Shown here piece by piece: positions 8,548 through 17,735 of a stretch of 64,000 nt of DNA. Under the pieces are notes generated by a model that was given only the letters and a program-made list of their open reading frames with translations, was not told the DNA's origin and did no database searches. Each line of letters begins with the position of its first letter. Within the stretch, counting starts at the first letter, position 1. The stretch is from positions 3,360 through 67,359 of the IMG/VR virus record IMGVR_UViG_3300049823_000342, one strand, 5' to 3'. The stretch comes from a virus (taxonomy: Duplodnaviria; Caudoviricetes). Made by a program: the position numbers and the translations under genes.

Positions 8548-9119
8548 GCGCGGCGATCAAGATGATCCATGTCGCCAAGCGCGAGCTGGGGATGAACGAC
8601 GATGATTATCGCGTCGTCCTCGGCCGCGCGACGCGCGGGGCGACGACGTCGCTGCGCGAGATGACCGACGGGCAGCTCCAGGCGGTGATCGGCGAGATGA
8701 AGAAGCTGGGCTTTGCGGCCAAGTCGAAGGCGGGGGAACAGTTGGGGCCGTTCGGACCCAAGCTGCTCGCGCTGTGGCTGTCGGGCTGGAATCTCGGCGT
8801 GTTCCGTGACCCCGGTCAGAAGGCGCTGGTCGCCTTTGTCGAGCGGCAGACGAAGATCGCGCGCGTCCAGTGGGTGCGCGATCCGCGCGACGCGGCGAAG
8901 GCGGTCGACGGGCTGAAGCTGTGGATCGCGCGCGAGGCGGGCGTGGAGTGGCCGAAGTCGGCCGTCGCGGCGGGCCGCGAATATAAGATCGCGGTGATCG
9001 CGGCGCAGCATCGGCTGCTCGGCCTGGGCGACGTCTATCGCGACAGCGCGGCGAACAGCGACGCGCAGCTCGACAAGATCATTGCGGCGCTGGGTGCGCG
9101 GATCAGGGCGGCGAAGTGA
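8544..9119 (+). CDS. gemA: Mu gp16/GemA-like protein (DUF1018)
   Basis: IKMIHVAKRELGMNDDDYR...TTSLREMT...KLLALW motif. Confidence 0.85.
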   Translation: MSAAIKMIHVAKRELGMNDDDYRVVLGRATRGATTSLREMTDGQLQAVIGEMKKLGFAAKSKAGEQLGPFGPKLLALWLSGWNLGVFRDPGQKALVAFVERQTKIARVQWVRDPRDAAKAVDGLKLWIAREAGVEWPKSAVAAGREYKIAVIAAQHRLLGLGDVYRDSAANSDAQLDKIIAALGARIRAAK

Positions 9120-9469
9120 TGGCCGGTCGTATTCCATGCCTCGGCTATCCGACCCGCACCGACGCCGTAATCGCTCTGCGGGCCAACGGCCTCACGACGC
9201 ACGCAATCGCGGATCGGATCGGCATCGAACCCAAAACTGTTACGGCACTGGAAGCGAGCGCGGCGCGGCGCGGCGGTGATTGCAAGCCTCGCCCGCGGCG
9301 CGAATTTGCCAATGTCGTGCCCGTGGACCCCGAAACGCTGATGACGCTTCGTCCGCACGCTGCGCGGCGCGGAATTTCAGTCAATCTCCTGATCCAGCAA
9401 TTGCTGATGATCCTCGCGGACGATGATCTTGTTGACGCGCTCCTGGATGATGACGGGGGCCGCAACTGA
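9119..9469 (+). CDS. HTH plus RHH-like DNA-binding protein
   Basis: GLTTHAIADRIGIEPKTV HTH; HAARRGISVNLLIQQLL RHH-like. Confidence 0.65.
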   Translation: MAGRIPCLGYPTRTDAVIALRANGLTTHAIADRIGIEPKTVTALEASAARRGGDCKPRPRREFANVVPVDPETLMTLRPHAARRGISVNLLIQQLLMILADDDLVDALLDDDGGRN

Positions 9470-9720
9470 TGGTCACCAAGCCGAACCGCGCCGACGAGCT
9501 GCGCCGCCACCGCGAAATCTTCCTCTATGCCCGCGAGCATGGGCTGACGCTGCGCGAGGCCGAGAAGGCGCTGGCGTGGGAGCGGTCGCAGGCGGCGCAG
9601 GCGCGGCTGGATGCGATCCAGAATTGCGGCCGCAGCGCCGTGGCCCGCCCCGCCGCGATCGGCGCCGATCGGCCGCTGCGCGATGCGCCCCGCAATGCCC
9701 CCTGGATGATGAGAGACTGA
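9469..9720 (+). CDS. Hypothetical protein
   Basis: TGATG coupling. Confidence 0.6.
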   Translation: MVTKPNRADELRRHREIFLYAREHGLTLREAEKALAWERSQAAQARLDAIQNCGRSAVARPAAIGADRPLRDAPRNAPWMMRD

Positions 9721-9721
9721 T

Positions 9722-10315
9722 ATGAGCGATATCGATTTGCTGCCTTGCCCTTTCTGCGGCGGCGCGCCGCTGCGCTGCTCGAACACCACTCATTTCCCGA
9801 TGCACTGGGTTCTTTGCAGCGTCTGCAACGCCTCGCCGGGTGATCGCAGATCGCCGGTCGAAGCGGCCGTTGCGTGGAACCGACGCGCGGCATCGGCTGC
9901 GGTCGCCAAAGGATCGGGTGACCCCGCAGCTTGGATGTACGACGGCCCCGACGGGCAGCATTACATCCGCGAACATAGAGACCTCGCGCCTCAGCAGCTT
10001 GTGCGCGAGGGCTGGGCGGAAGTCCCGCTATACGCCGATCCGGACCTGAGACAGCAGCTTATGGTTCGCCGCCGCCGCATCGAGCCCACCGATGCCGTTC
10101 CCTTGGGCCTCTATCGCATCCACTGGAAAACTGGCGGATCATCGCTCGCCGCCGTCGGCATGGACCATTCGGGCGCGCGCTGGATGGCGGCATCCAACTG
10201 GACGTGTGCGGAGATCAAATCTCCTGCTGCCCCGCTGGTTGGTCACCCATGGGCTGAAGTTGAATATCTCGAACCGCTCTCGGCCGAAGCCGCGAGGGGA
10301 GCAGGTGCCCGATGA
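9722..10315 (+). CDS. Lar-family restriction alleviation domain protein with C-terminal extension
   Basis: LLPCPFCGG...VLCSVC...EAAVAWNRRA is the Lar signature. Confidence 0.75.
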   Translation: MSDIDLLPCPFCGGAPLRCSNTTHFPMHWVLCSVCNASPGDRRSPVEAAVAWNRRAASAAVAKGSGDPAAWMYDGPDGQHYIREHRDLAPQQLVREGWAEVPLYADPDLRQQLMVRRRRIEPTDAVPLGLYRIHWKTGGSSLAAVGMDHSGARWMAASNWTCAEIKSPAAPLVGHPWAEVEYLEPLSAEAARGAGAR

Positions 10316-10575
10316 ATGCTCCCCGCGTTTCCGATCATGCCTTGCTGCGCTTTCTGGAGCGCGCGGGCGGGCTTGCCGTCGAGCAGCTTCGCCAGACGCT
10401 CGAATCATCGCTCGATCGCGCGGGGCGCGCCGCAGCACAGATTGAGGCGAGCGAGTATCTGGTCGTCGTGGATGATCTTACCTTCGTCGTTCGCAGCGGC
10501 ACCGTGACGACGATCCTGCCCGAAGGGACACCGGGCGCTCGCGCCCGCGCGCTCGCCAAGGCGCCGCGCCGGTAG
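10312..10575 (+). CDS. Hypothetical protein (SDHALLRFLER motif)
   Basis: ATGA overlap; common small phage protein pattern. Confidence 0.7.
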   Translation: MNAPRVSDHALLRFLERAGGLAVEQLRQTLESSLDRAGRAAAQIEASEYLVVVDDLTFVVRSGTVTTILPEGTPGARARALAKAPRR

Positions 10576-10576
10576 G

Positions 10577-10966
10577 ATGACCGCGCTTCCTCCCTTGCTG
10601 GCGGAAATCGCCGAGGTTGCGGGCGAGGAGGCCGCGCTGGCGCTGGCGCAGGCCTATGGCGGCGTCCGGATATATATCCCGCCGACGGTCGACGCCGATC
10701 ACTGGATATCGAAGCTGATCGGGCACGAAGCGGCGCTGCGCGTCTGCGACCGGCTGACGGCCGGGCTCGCCGGGCTGCGCGTCGATCTGCCGCTTGGGCC
10801 GACGGGCAATAATGTCACCTTCCGGGCGATGCAGGCGCACGCGGACCGCATGATCATCGCCGGGAGGTCGGAACGTGACATCGCCAGGGCGACGGGCTAC
10901 ACGACACGGCAAGTGCGGCGGCGCCGCGCGGCGATCCGCGACGATCGCCAGATGAACCTCTTCTAA
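10577..10966 (+). CDS. Mor/C-family late transcription activator
   Basis: LAEIAEVAGEEAALALAQAYGGVRIYIP...HTH (RSERDIARATGYTTRQV); last early gene before the lysis genes. Confidence 0.85.
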   Translation: MTALPPLLAEIAEVAGEEAALALAQAYGGVRIYIPPTVDADHWISKLIGHEAALRVCDRLTAGLAGLRVDLPLGPTGNNVTFRAMQAHADRMIIAGRSERDIARATGYTTRQVRRRRAAIRDDRQMNLF

Positions 10967-10983
10967 ATCCCTCTCTTTGGCTG

Positions 10984-11005
10984 CCGGACATATGTCCGGG
11001 GCGCA
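10984..11005 (+). promoter_or_regulatory. Putative late-activator binding site 1 (CCGGACATATGTCCGG palindrome)
   Basis: The 20-bp GGACATATGTCCGGGGCGCA is identical at 10986-11005 and 18670-18689; each copy lies upstream of a late operon. Confidence 0.7.
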
Positions 11006-11081
11006 GCCAGCCCCATCGCAGACTAGCCCTTTCCTCGACACGGCGCGCGCGGCGCGCCTTTCGATTTCGAGGAGAGCGGTG

Positions 11082-11351
11082 ATGCGAATGGGTCGTTTTG
11101 GAATGGGCTTTCTGGCCGCGCTCTTCGGTTCCCCGGCCATTATGATCGCGCCAGCCGCGATCCCGCTTGCGGTGGCGCCCGCGATCGCGACCAAGCCGGG
11201 CCGCAAGTTGAAAGCTCCCGCCTCCTTCTACGGCCATAGCCATCCCGGCTATCGCAGCCGCGGGAAGCAGGCGCGCCCGCGCAAGCGATCGAACCGCCGT
11301 CATATCAGCCGCCGCGTCCGCCGTGCGCATCGCCGGAGCAAGGCGGCATGA
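11082..11351 (+). CDS. Small protein with hydrophobic N-terminus and Arg-rich C-terminus; first late gene
   Basis: RBS GAGGAG; ATGA overlap with the endolysin. Confidence 0.6.
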   Translation: MRMGRFGMGFLAALFGSPAIMIAPAAIPLAVAPAIATKPGRKLKAPASFYGHSHPGYRSRGKQARPRKRSNRRHISRRVRRAHRRSKAA

Positions 11352-11899
11352 AGACGGTTGTCCAACTGATCGACGAGGTCATCGACCGCGAAGGCGCCTA
11401 TGTGAACCATCCCGCCGATCGCGGCGGGCCGACGTGCTGGGGCATCACCGAGGCGGTGGCGCGGGCGAACGGCTATCAAGGGCCGATGCGCAACCTGCCG
11501 CGCGAGCAGGCGGCGCTGATCTATCGCAAGCTCTATTGGCTGAAGCCCGGCTTCGACCGGGTCGCGATCCGGGCGCCGACGCTCGCGGCCGAGATGTTCG
11601 ATACGGGCATCAACATGGGCGTCGCCACCGCGACCGGCTTCCTTCAGCGGTCGCTCAACGCGCTCAACCGGCAGGGGCGCGACTATCCCGATCTGGCGGT
11701 CGACAAGGCGATCGGGCCGCGCACGCTGAATGCGCTGGATGCTTTTCTGAAGGTGCGCGGCAAGGCCGGCGAAACCGTGCTGGTGAAGGCCGTCGAGGCG
11801 CTCCAGGGCGAACGCTATATCGCGCTCGCCGAGAAGAGCCCGAGCCAGGAGGCGTTCGTCTATGGCTGGCTCGCCAACCGGATCGGCAACGCGGGATGA
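11348..11899 (+). CDS. Endolysin, glycoside hydrolase family 108 with PG-binding domain
   Basis: EGAYVNHPADRGGPTCWGIT...FDTGINMG...LQRSLN...FVYGWLANRI. Confidence 0.92.
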   Translation: MKTVVQLIDEVIDREGAYVNHPADRGGPTCWGITEAVARANGYQGPMRNLPREQAALIYRKLYWLKPGFDRVAIRAPTLAAEMFDTGINMGVATATGFLQRSLNALNRQGRDYPDLAVDKAIGPRTLNALDAFLKVRGKAGETVLVKAVEALQGERYIALAEKSPSQEAFVYGWLANRIGNAG

Positions 11900-11957
11900 C
11901 CGCGCGCCTCGTCTCGCGGTGCTTTTGCACTCTCACCCAAGTGAAAAGGATTGTCGC

Positions 11958-12326
11958 ATGAAGAAGCTGTTGTTCGTGGCGCTCGCCGCCTCGGCGCTGG
12001 CCGGTTGCGCCTCGCTGCCTGCCTCCATCCCGTCCGGCCCAGCGCCGATCGCCGATCGGACGGAACTCGACGAGCGCGCGCTGGTCGGGTTCGAAGCCGC
12101 CTACAAGGCCGCGCGCTCGCTGGCGGAGGTCGCCGCGGACAGCGGGCAGGTCGACGCCGCCCGCGCCGCCAAGATTGCGGCGGTCGACACGGCGCTCTAC
12201 GTCGCACTGGGGAAAGCGCGCGCGGCCTATGACGCCGCGAATGCCGCCACGTATCGCGACGCGCTTGCTGAGATCGCGCCGCTCGCCGCGCAATTGTTCC
12301 AGTTGGTCGGAGGGTCGCCGCGATGA
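11958..12326 (+). CDS. Lipoprotein in the lysis cluster (possible spanin component)
   Basis: MKKLLFVALAASALAG-C lipobox. Confidence 0.75.
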   Translation: MKKLLFVALAASALAGCASLPASIPSGPAPIADRTELDERALVGFEAAYKAARSLAEVAADSGQVDAARAAKIAAVDTALYVALGKARAAYDAANAATYRDALAEIAPLAAQLFQLVGGSPR

Positions 12327-12535
12327 TCGATATCGCCAAGCTTCTTGCCGCGGTCGAGACGGCGAGTGCCGCCTACCGCGCCGCGCTCGACATCGTCGAG
12401 GATGTCGCCGCCGTCGTCGCGCCTGCCGATCAGGCAGAGCTGGCGGCGCGGCTTGCCGGCCTCCGCATCGAGAACGACGAGGGCCATGATCGCCTCCAGG
12501 CGAAGCTGGCCGCGATCATCGCCAAGGGGCGCTGA
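12323..12535 (+). CDS. Hypothetical helical protein
   Basis: ATGA overlap in the lysis cluster. Confidence 0.6.
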   Translation: MIDIAKLLAAVETASAAYRAALDIVEDVAAVVAPADQAELAARLAGLRIENDEGHDRLQAKLAAIIAKGR

Positions 12536-12536
12536 G

Positions 12537-12803
12537 ATGGGCGGCGGCGCGAAGCCCTGGTGGCAGTCGAAGACGATATGGGCGGCGCTCGTCGTCTTCC
12601 TGGTGACGATCGCGCCCGAGCTGGGAATCGGGATCACCGACCAGGACGCGACCGACGGCGGCAGCGCGATCGGCGGCATCGTCGCCGGCGTGTCGGCGCT
12701 GATCGCGATCGTCGGCCGGATCAGGGCGCGGCAGCGCATCGGAGCGCCGCCGCCAAGTGACTGGGCGCCCTCCGGTCCGCCGCCTCCGCCGAAGGCGGGC
12801 TGA
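12537..12803 (+). CDS. Putative holin (2 TM)
   Basis: KPWWQSKTIW followed by two hydrophobic segments, basic C-terminus. Confidence 0.65.
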   Translation: MGGGAKPWWQSKTIWAALVVFLVTIAPELGIGITDQDATDGGSAIGGIVAGVSALIAIVGRIRARQRIGAPPPSDWAPSGPPPPPKAG

Positions 12804-13030
12804 TGTATCTCGCGGGGGAACGCGCGATCGAGCAGGCCGAGGCGATGGTCACGGCCGAGCGCGACAAGGCGATCGGCGACATTCGCGCGCGGCTCGCGGA
12901 GCCCGGCGCCGACGCTTGCGAAGACTGTGGCGACGAAATTCCCGCGCAGCGGCGGGCGGCGATGCCGTCGGCCCGGCGCTGCGCAGCATGTGAAACCCGC
13001 CGCGAGCGCGCGGCGAAGCGGGGGTGGTGA
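12803..13030 (+). CDS. TraR/DksA C4-type zinc finger protein
   Basis: CEDCGDEIP..RR.AMP.ARRCAAC. Confidence 0.85.
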   Translation: MYLAGERAIEQAEAMVTAERDKAIGDIRARLAEPGADACEDCGDEIPAQRRAAMPSARRCAACETRRERAAKRGW

Positions 13031-13377
13031 TGGACTTGGCGTTGTTTCTTCAGTGGGCGGGCGCGGTCGGCCTTGTCCTGGGCGTGCTCAACACGGCCTG
13101 GACGATGGTCGGCAAGGCCGCGAAGCCGCTGAACGAGAAGGTGACGGCGATCGAGGCGCAGGTGGTCAAGTATCGCGCCGACCTCGTCGACCATGACCGG
13201 CGCATCCAGGCGCTGGAAGGCGAAGCGAAGCACGCCCCGACCGGCGAGCAGGTCACCAACCTGCGCCTGTCGGTCGAGCGGCTCGACGGGCATGTCAAGC
13301 GGCTCGACGAATCGCTCAACGGCCTCGCGCACACCGTCCGCCGCATGGACGAGTTCCTGCGGAGCGAACGGGCATGA
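13030..13377 (+). CDS. Mu gp25-like (DUF2730) membrane-anchored coiled-coil protein
   Basis: N-terminal TM then coiled coil; position before gp26/gp27. Confidence 0.65.
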   Translation: MDLALFLQWAGAVGLVLGVLNTAWTMVGKAAKPLNEKVTAIEAQVVKYRADLVDHDRRIQALEGEAKHAPTGEQVTNLRLSVERLDGHVKRLDESLNGLAHTVRRMDEFLRSERA

Positions 13378-13667
13378 GCTGGAAAGACAAGGTCGCGCTG
13401 GATGCGCGCCTGATCATCCTGCGCGAGCTGGCGCAGCAGATGGATGGCACGCTCAATTCGGTGTCGCTGCGGCGGGTGCTGGATGTCTATTTCGTCCGCC
13501 CGGTCGAGTGGATCGATACGCAGCTCGTCAAGCTCGCTCAGCTCGAAGCGATCGAGCTGGTGCGCGCGGGCGATGTCGCGATCGCGAAGATCACGGCCGC
13601 GGGGCGCGACCATCTCGACGAGCGGTCGATCATCTCTGGCATCACGCCGCCCGCGGAATTTCGCTGA
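13374..13667 (+). CDS. Mu gp26-like winged-helix protein
   Basis: ARLIILRELA...LN...ITAAGRDHL motif. Confidence 0.75.
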   Translation: MSWKDKVALDARLIILRELAQQMDGTLNSVSLRRVLDVYFVRPVEWIDTQLVKLAQLEAIELVRAGDVAIAKITAAGRDHLDERSIISGITPPAEFR

Positions 13668-13668
13668 C

Positions 13669-14256
13669 ATGACCGGGCCGGGCGACAAGGAGCGGCAGGA
13701 AGGCCGCGGGCAACTGTCGTCGATCGACCTGCTGCCCGAAGAGGCGGAGCCCGACATTGCCTGGGCACTGGAGCAACTGCGCGAGCGCAGGATGCCGTCA
13801 AAGATGATCATGGCCGAGTTCAATTCGCGGCTGGCCGATCGCGGTATCGCGCCGATCAAGAAATCGGCCTGGGGCCGCTGGTCGATCCGCAAGGCGATCC
13901 AGTTCCGCAAGCTCGACGAGACGCGGCGCATCGCGTCCGACCTCGTGCCGTCGCTCGGCACCGACGGGCCGGACCATGTCACGATGCTGATCGCCGAGAT
14001 GGTGAAGATGGCGGCGTTCGGCCTTCTGGAAGGCGGCGAGGTCAGCTCGAAGGGATTGATGGAACTGTCCCGCGCCGTCGCGACGGCCGTGGGCGCGCAG
14101 AAGACGTCGGCCGAGCATCGGCGCCAGCTTGAGGCCGAGGTCGAGGCGCGGCTGGCGAAGGCGGCGGCGGCGGTCGAAGAGATGGGCGCCGCGGCAGGCA
14201 CGTCGGCGGAGACGCTCCAGAAGATCACGACCCTGCTTACCACCGGCTCGTTCTAA
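13669..14256 (+). CDS. Terminase small subunit, Mu gp27/DUF3486-like
   Basis: GRGQLSSIDLLPEE...IKKSAWGRW motif. Confidence 0.8.
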   Translation: MTGPGDKERQEGRGQLSSIDLLPEEAEPDIAWALEQLRERRMPSKMIMAEFNSRLADRGIAPIKKSAWGRWSIRKAIQFRKLDETRRIASDLVPSLGTDGPDHVTMLIAEMVKMAAFGLLEGGEVSSKGLMELSRAVATAVGAQKTSAEHRRQLEAEVEARLAKAAAAVEEMGAAAGTSAETLQKITTLLTTGSF

Positions 14257-15653
14257 TGGGTCGCGCGCTGATCATACCCGCCAATCCAAAGGCGATCTTC
14301 CTTCCGTTTCAGTCGCGGTGGATCAAGGACACGAAGCGCCGAAAGGCGGCGGAGAAAGGGCGCCAGCTCGGCTTCTCCTGGGCGACGGCCTATGCCGCCA
14401 ATCAGCGCACGGCGATTCAGGGCGCGCGATATGACCAATGGGTGTCGTCGCGCGACGATATCCAGGCGCGGCTATTTCTGGAGGATTGCAAGCTGTGGGC
14501 GAAAGCGATGGATTTCGTCGCCCAAGACCTCGGCGAGGTGGTGCTCGATCCGAAGGAAAAGCACTCGGCCTATGTGCTGCGCTTTGCCAACGATCGCCGC
14601 ATCAACTCCATGAGTTCGAACCCCGACGCGCAGGCAGGCAAGCGCGGCAGCCGTATCCTCGACGAGTTCGCGCTCCATCCCGATCCGCGCAAGCTGTGGA
14701 CGATCGCCGACCCCGGCATGACCTGGGGCGGTTCGATGGAGGTCATCTCCACGCATCGCGGGTCGAAGAATTTCTTCAACCTGATCATCAAGGAGGTCAA
14801 GGAAGGCGGCAATCCAAAGGGGATCAGCCTTCATACGGTCACCCTTCAAAACGCGCTCGACGAGGGGTTTCTGTGGAAACTCCAGCAGAACCTGCCGCCT
14901 GACGACGAGCGACAGGAGATGACCGAGGCCGAATATTTCGACTGGGTCAAGGCGGGCTGCGCCGACGAGGAAAGCTTCCTCCAGGAATATATGTGCGTCC
15001 CCGGCGACGATGATGCGGCGTTCCTGGAATATGACCTGATCGCCTCGGCCGAATATCCGACCGGCACGAACTGGGGCCAGATCGAGGGCGGCGAGCTGTA
15101 TGCCGGCGTCGATATCGGCCGCAAGCATGACCTGACCGTGTTGTGGGTGGTCGAGAAGCTGGGTGACGTGCTCTACACGCGCCACATCGAAGCGCTGCGC
15201 AAGATGAGCAAGCCCGACCAGGAGAAAATCCTCTGGCCGTGGATGGAGCGCTGCGCGCGGACGTGCATCGACTATACCGGGCTCGGCATCGGCTGGGGCG
15301 ACGACGCGCAGAAGAAGTTCGGAACCTACCGGGTCGAGAACGTCACCTTCACCCCGCATGTCAAAGAGGCGCTGGCCTATCCGGTGCGCGGGGCGATGGA
15401 AGCGCGCCGGCTGCGCATTCCCTATCAGAATGAAATCCGCGCCGACCTGCGGTCGATGACCAAGCAGGTCACCGCGGCCGGGAACATCCGCTTCACCGCC
15501 GAACGCACCGTGGACGGCCACGCCGACCGCTTCTGGGGGCTCGCCCTCGCGATCCACGCGGCGAACGGCATCGAGGGCGCGCGCTGGCGCCCGCTGATCG
15601 AAGAGCCGGCGCCGCCCTCCAAACTCGACCAGAACTGGATACCCGCATCATGA
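14256..15653 (+). CDS. Terminase large subunit (Mu gp28-like)
   Basis: KGRQLGFS (Walker A variant), ILDEFA, ISTH.G, GVDIGRKHD, HADRFW nuclease motifs. Confidence 0.92.
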   Translation: MGRALIIPANPKAIFLPFQSRWIKDTKRRKAAEKGRQLGFSWATAYAANQRTAIQGARYDQWVSSRDDIQARLFLEDCKLWAKAMDFVAQDLGEVVLDPKEKHSAYVLRFANDRRINSMSSNPDAQAGKRGSRILDEFALHPDPRKLWTIADPGMTWGGSMEVISTHRGSKNFFNLIIKEVKEGGNPKGISLHTVTLQNALDEGFLWKLQQNLPPDDERQEMTEAEYFDWVKAGCADEESFLQEYMCVPGDDDAAFLEYDLIASAEYPTGTNWGQIEGGELYAGVDIGRKHDLTVLWVVEKLGDVLYTRHIEALRKMSKPDQEKILWPWMERCARTCIDYTGLGIGWGDDAQKKFGTYRVENVTFTPHVKEALAYPVRGAMEARRLRIPYQNEIRADLRSMTKQVTAAGNIRFTAERTVDGHADRFWGLALAIHAANGIEGARWRPLIEEPAPPSKLDQNWIPAS

Positions 15654-17731
15654 TCGGCCGTTTCGTCAAAGCGGTTCGGGCGACGCTCGACAACTTTCGC
15701 CACGGGGGCTTTGCGCCCTTCTTTTCCGGGCTGCTGCGCCGGACGCGGTTCGATTATCGCAAAGAGGTCGGCGACTGCCTGGACGCGTCGGTCGTCATGG
15801 CGCCGGTGCAATGGGTGCAGCGGGCGCTGCCCGAGGCGGTGCTGAAGGTCTCGCGGAAGAAGAAGGATGGCACGGTCGACGAGGTCGCCGATCATCTGAT
15901 GCTCGCGCTGATCCAGAAGCCCAACCCCTATTACGGCGATATCGTGCTGTGGTGGGGCTATGTGCTGAGCATGTTGCTGGACGGCAACGCCTATTGGATG
16001 ATCGTCCGCAACCGGCTCGGCCGGCCCGCCGAGCTTTGGTATATCCCGCATTGGATGATGGAGCCGAAATGGCCCGCGGACGGCAGCGTCTTCATCTCCC
16101 ACTATCTTTATTCGCCGGGCGGCGGCGCGGCGTCGATGGAGGTTGACCCTGCCGATGTTGTGCATTTCCGGCACGGCATCAACCCGCGCAATCCGCGCAA
16201 GGGGCTGGCGCCGATCGACCCGGTGCTGCGCGAAATCTTCATGGACCTGGAGAGCAGCAATTTCGTCTCGGCGCTGCTCCGCAACATGGGCGTTCCCGGC
16301 ATCGTGATCAGCCCGAAGGGCGGCGCAATGCCGAACCCCGCCGACGTCGAGGCGACCAGCGCCTATGTCAGCGCGCAGTTCAGCGGCGACGGCCGCGGGA
16401 GGCCGCTCGTCCTGGGCGCACCGACCGAGGTCAGCCAGTTCGGCTTCAACCCGCAGATGATGGACACGGGCGGCGCGCGCGACGTTGCCGAGGAACGGGT
16501 GTGCGCCGCGATCGGCGTCCCCGCGGCGATCGTCGGCTTTGGCGCCGGGCTTCAGCAGACCAAGGTCGGCGCGACGATGGAGCAGCTCGCCAAGCAGGCG
16601 TGGGAGAATGGCGTGCTGCCGCTGTGCCGCCTCGCGGTCGACGAACTGAAGCGCTCGCTCCTCCCGCAGTTCGGCAATGCCGACGGACTCGATGTCTTCT
16701 TCGACGTGTCGGACGTCCCGGCGATGCAGGAGGACGAGGACAAGAAGGCGACGCGCTGGAGGGAGATGTTCGAGGCCGGCATGGTGCAGCTCTATGAAGC
16801 GCGGAAGGCGCTCGGCATCGATGCCGACGACAGCCACCGCTTCTATGTGCGCAAGATCTCGATGATCGAGGTTTCGCCCGATGGCGAGGAGCGAGATCCT
16901 GCTGCCCAGACCGATCCGGCGAAAAGCGCAGGAACCGGCGCGAAAGGCCGGGCCGTCAGCCCCGACGCCTACAAGCGCGGCGCGGCCTATCTGCTGATGC
17001 TTCAGCGGCAGGAAAAAGGGCAGCAAGAGGCCTTCAAGAAGCCTCTCGTCGCCTTCTTCGGCCGGCTGGGCAAGGCGGCGGCGGACGCGTCGACCGAACT
17101 GCTCGAAGCGGAGCTGGGGAAGGCACGCGGCCGGGGCGCGAAGGGTGACGAACTGCTGGTGGAGACGATCCTCGACCGGCTGGGCATCCCCAAATGGGCG
17201 AGTGAGCTGCGCAAGCTCTATGAGGCGCAATATCTGGAGATCGCCAAGGCGACGGGCGAAGCCGCCGACGCGGCCGGGCTCGGCACGTCGATGCCCGACA
17301 CGGTCGCGCAGTCGATCGTCGCGGCGGGCGGGCGGCGCGCCGGGCTGGTCGACCTGGACCGGCAGACGCGCGCCGCGCTGTTCGACGCGCTGGCCGAAGG
17401 GCGCGCCGCGGGTGAAGGCGCGGTGCAGCTCGCGGCGCGCATCCTGCCCGCGGTCGCGCGCGGGCCGTCGCTCGATCCCGAAGTCCGCGCGCTGCGGATC
17501 GCGCGGACCGAGGCGAAATATGCGCAGAATATTTCGACGATCGAGCGCGGGCGCGAGGCGGGCGTCACCAGCTTCATCGTCTTCGACGGGCGGCTGGGGC
17601 CGGGCCGGTCGCTGCTCAGCCATATCGCGCGCGACGGGTCGATCGTCGGCATCCAGGAGGCCGTGGTGATGGCCGACGCCGAACATCCCAACGGCACACT
17701 CAGCTTTGCCCCCAATTTCGAAGAGGACTGA
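15650..17731 (+). CDS. HK97-family portal fused to a C-terminal gpF/SPP1-gp7-like minor head domain
   Basis: N-terminal ~400 aa portal (LLDGNAY, DVVHFR, F..NMGVPG, RVCAAIGVPA); C-terminal RALRIARTE...HPNG motif. Confidence 0.8.
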   Translation: MIGRFVKAVRATLDNFRHGGFAPFFSGLLRRTRFDYRKEVGDCLDASVVMAPVQWVQRALPEAVLKVSRKKKDGTVDEVADHLMLALIQKPNPYYGDIVLWWGYVLSMLLDGNAYWMIVRNRLGRPAELWYIPHWMMEPKWPADGSVFISHYLYSPGGGAASMEVDPADVVHFRHGINPRNPRKGLAPIDPVLREIFMDLESSNFVSALLRNMGVPGIVISPKGGAMPNPADVEATSAYVSAQFSGDGRGRPLVLGAPTEVSQFGFNPQMMDTGGARDVAEERVCAAIGVPAAIVGFGAGLQQTKVGATMEQLAKQAWENGVLPLCRLAVDELKRSLLPQFGNADGLDVFFDVSDVPAMQEDEDKKATRWREMFEAGMVQLYEARKALGIDADDSHRFYVRKISMIEVSPDGEERDPAAQTDPAKSAGTGAKGRAVSPDAYKRGAAYLLMLQRQEKGQQEAFKKPLVAFFGRLGKAAADASTELLEAELGKARGRGAKGDELLVETILDRLGIPKWASELRKLYEAQYLEIAKATGEAADAAGLGTSMPDTVAQSIVAAGGRRAGLVDLDRQTRAALFDALAEGRAAGEGAVQLAARILPAVARGPSLDPEVRALRIARTEAKYAQNISTIERGREAGVTSFIVFDGRLGPGRSLLSHIARDGSIVGIQEAVVMADAEHPNGTLSFAPNFEED

Positions 17732-17735
17732 CACA

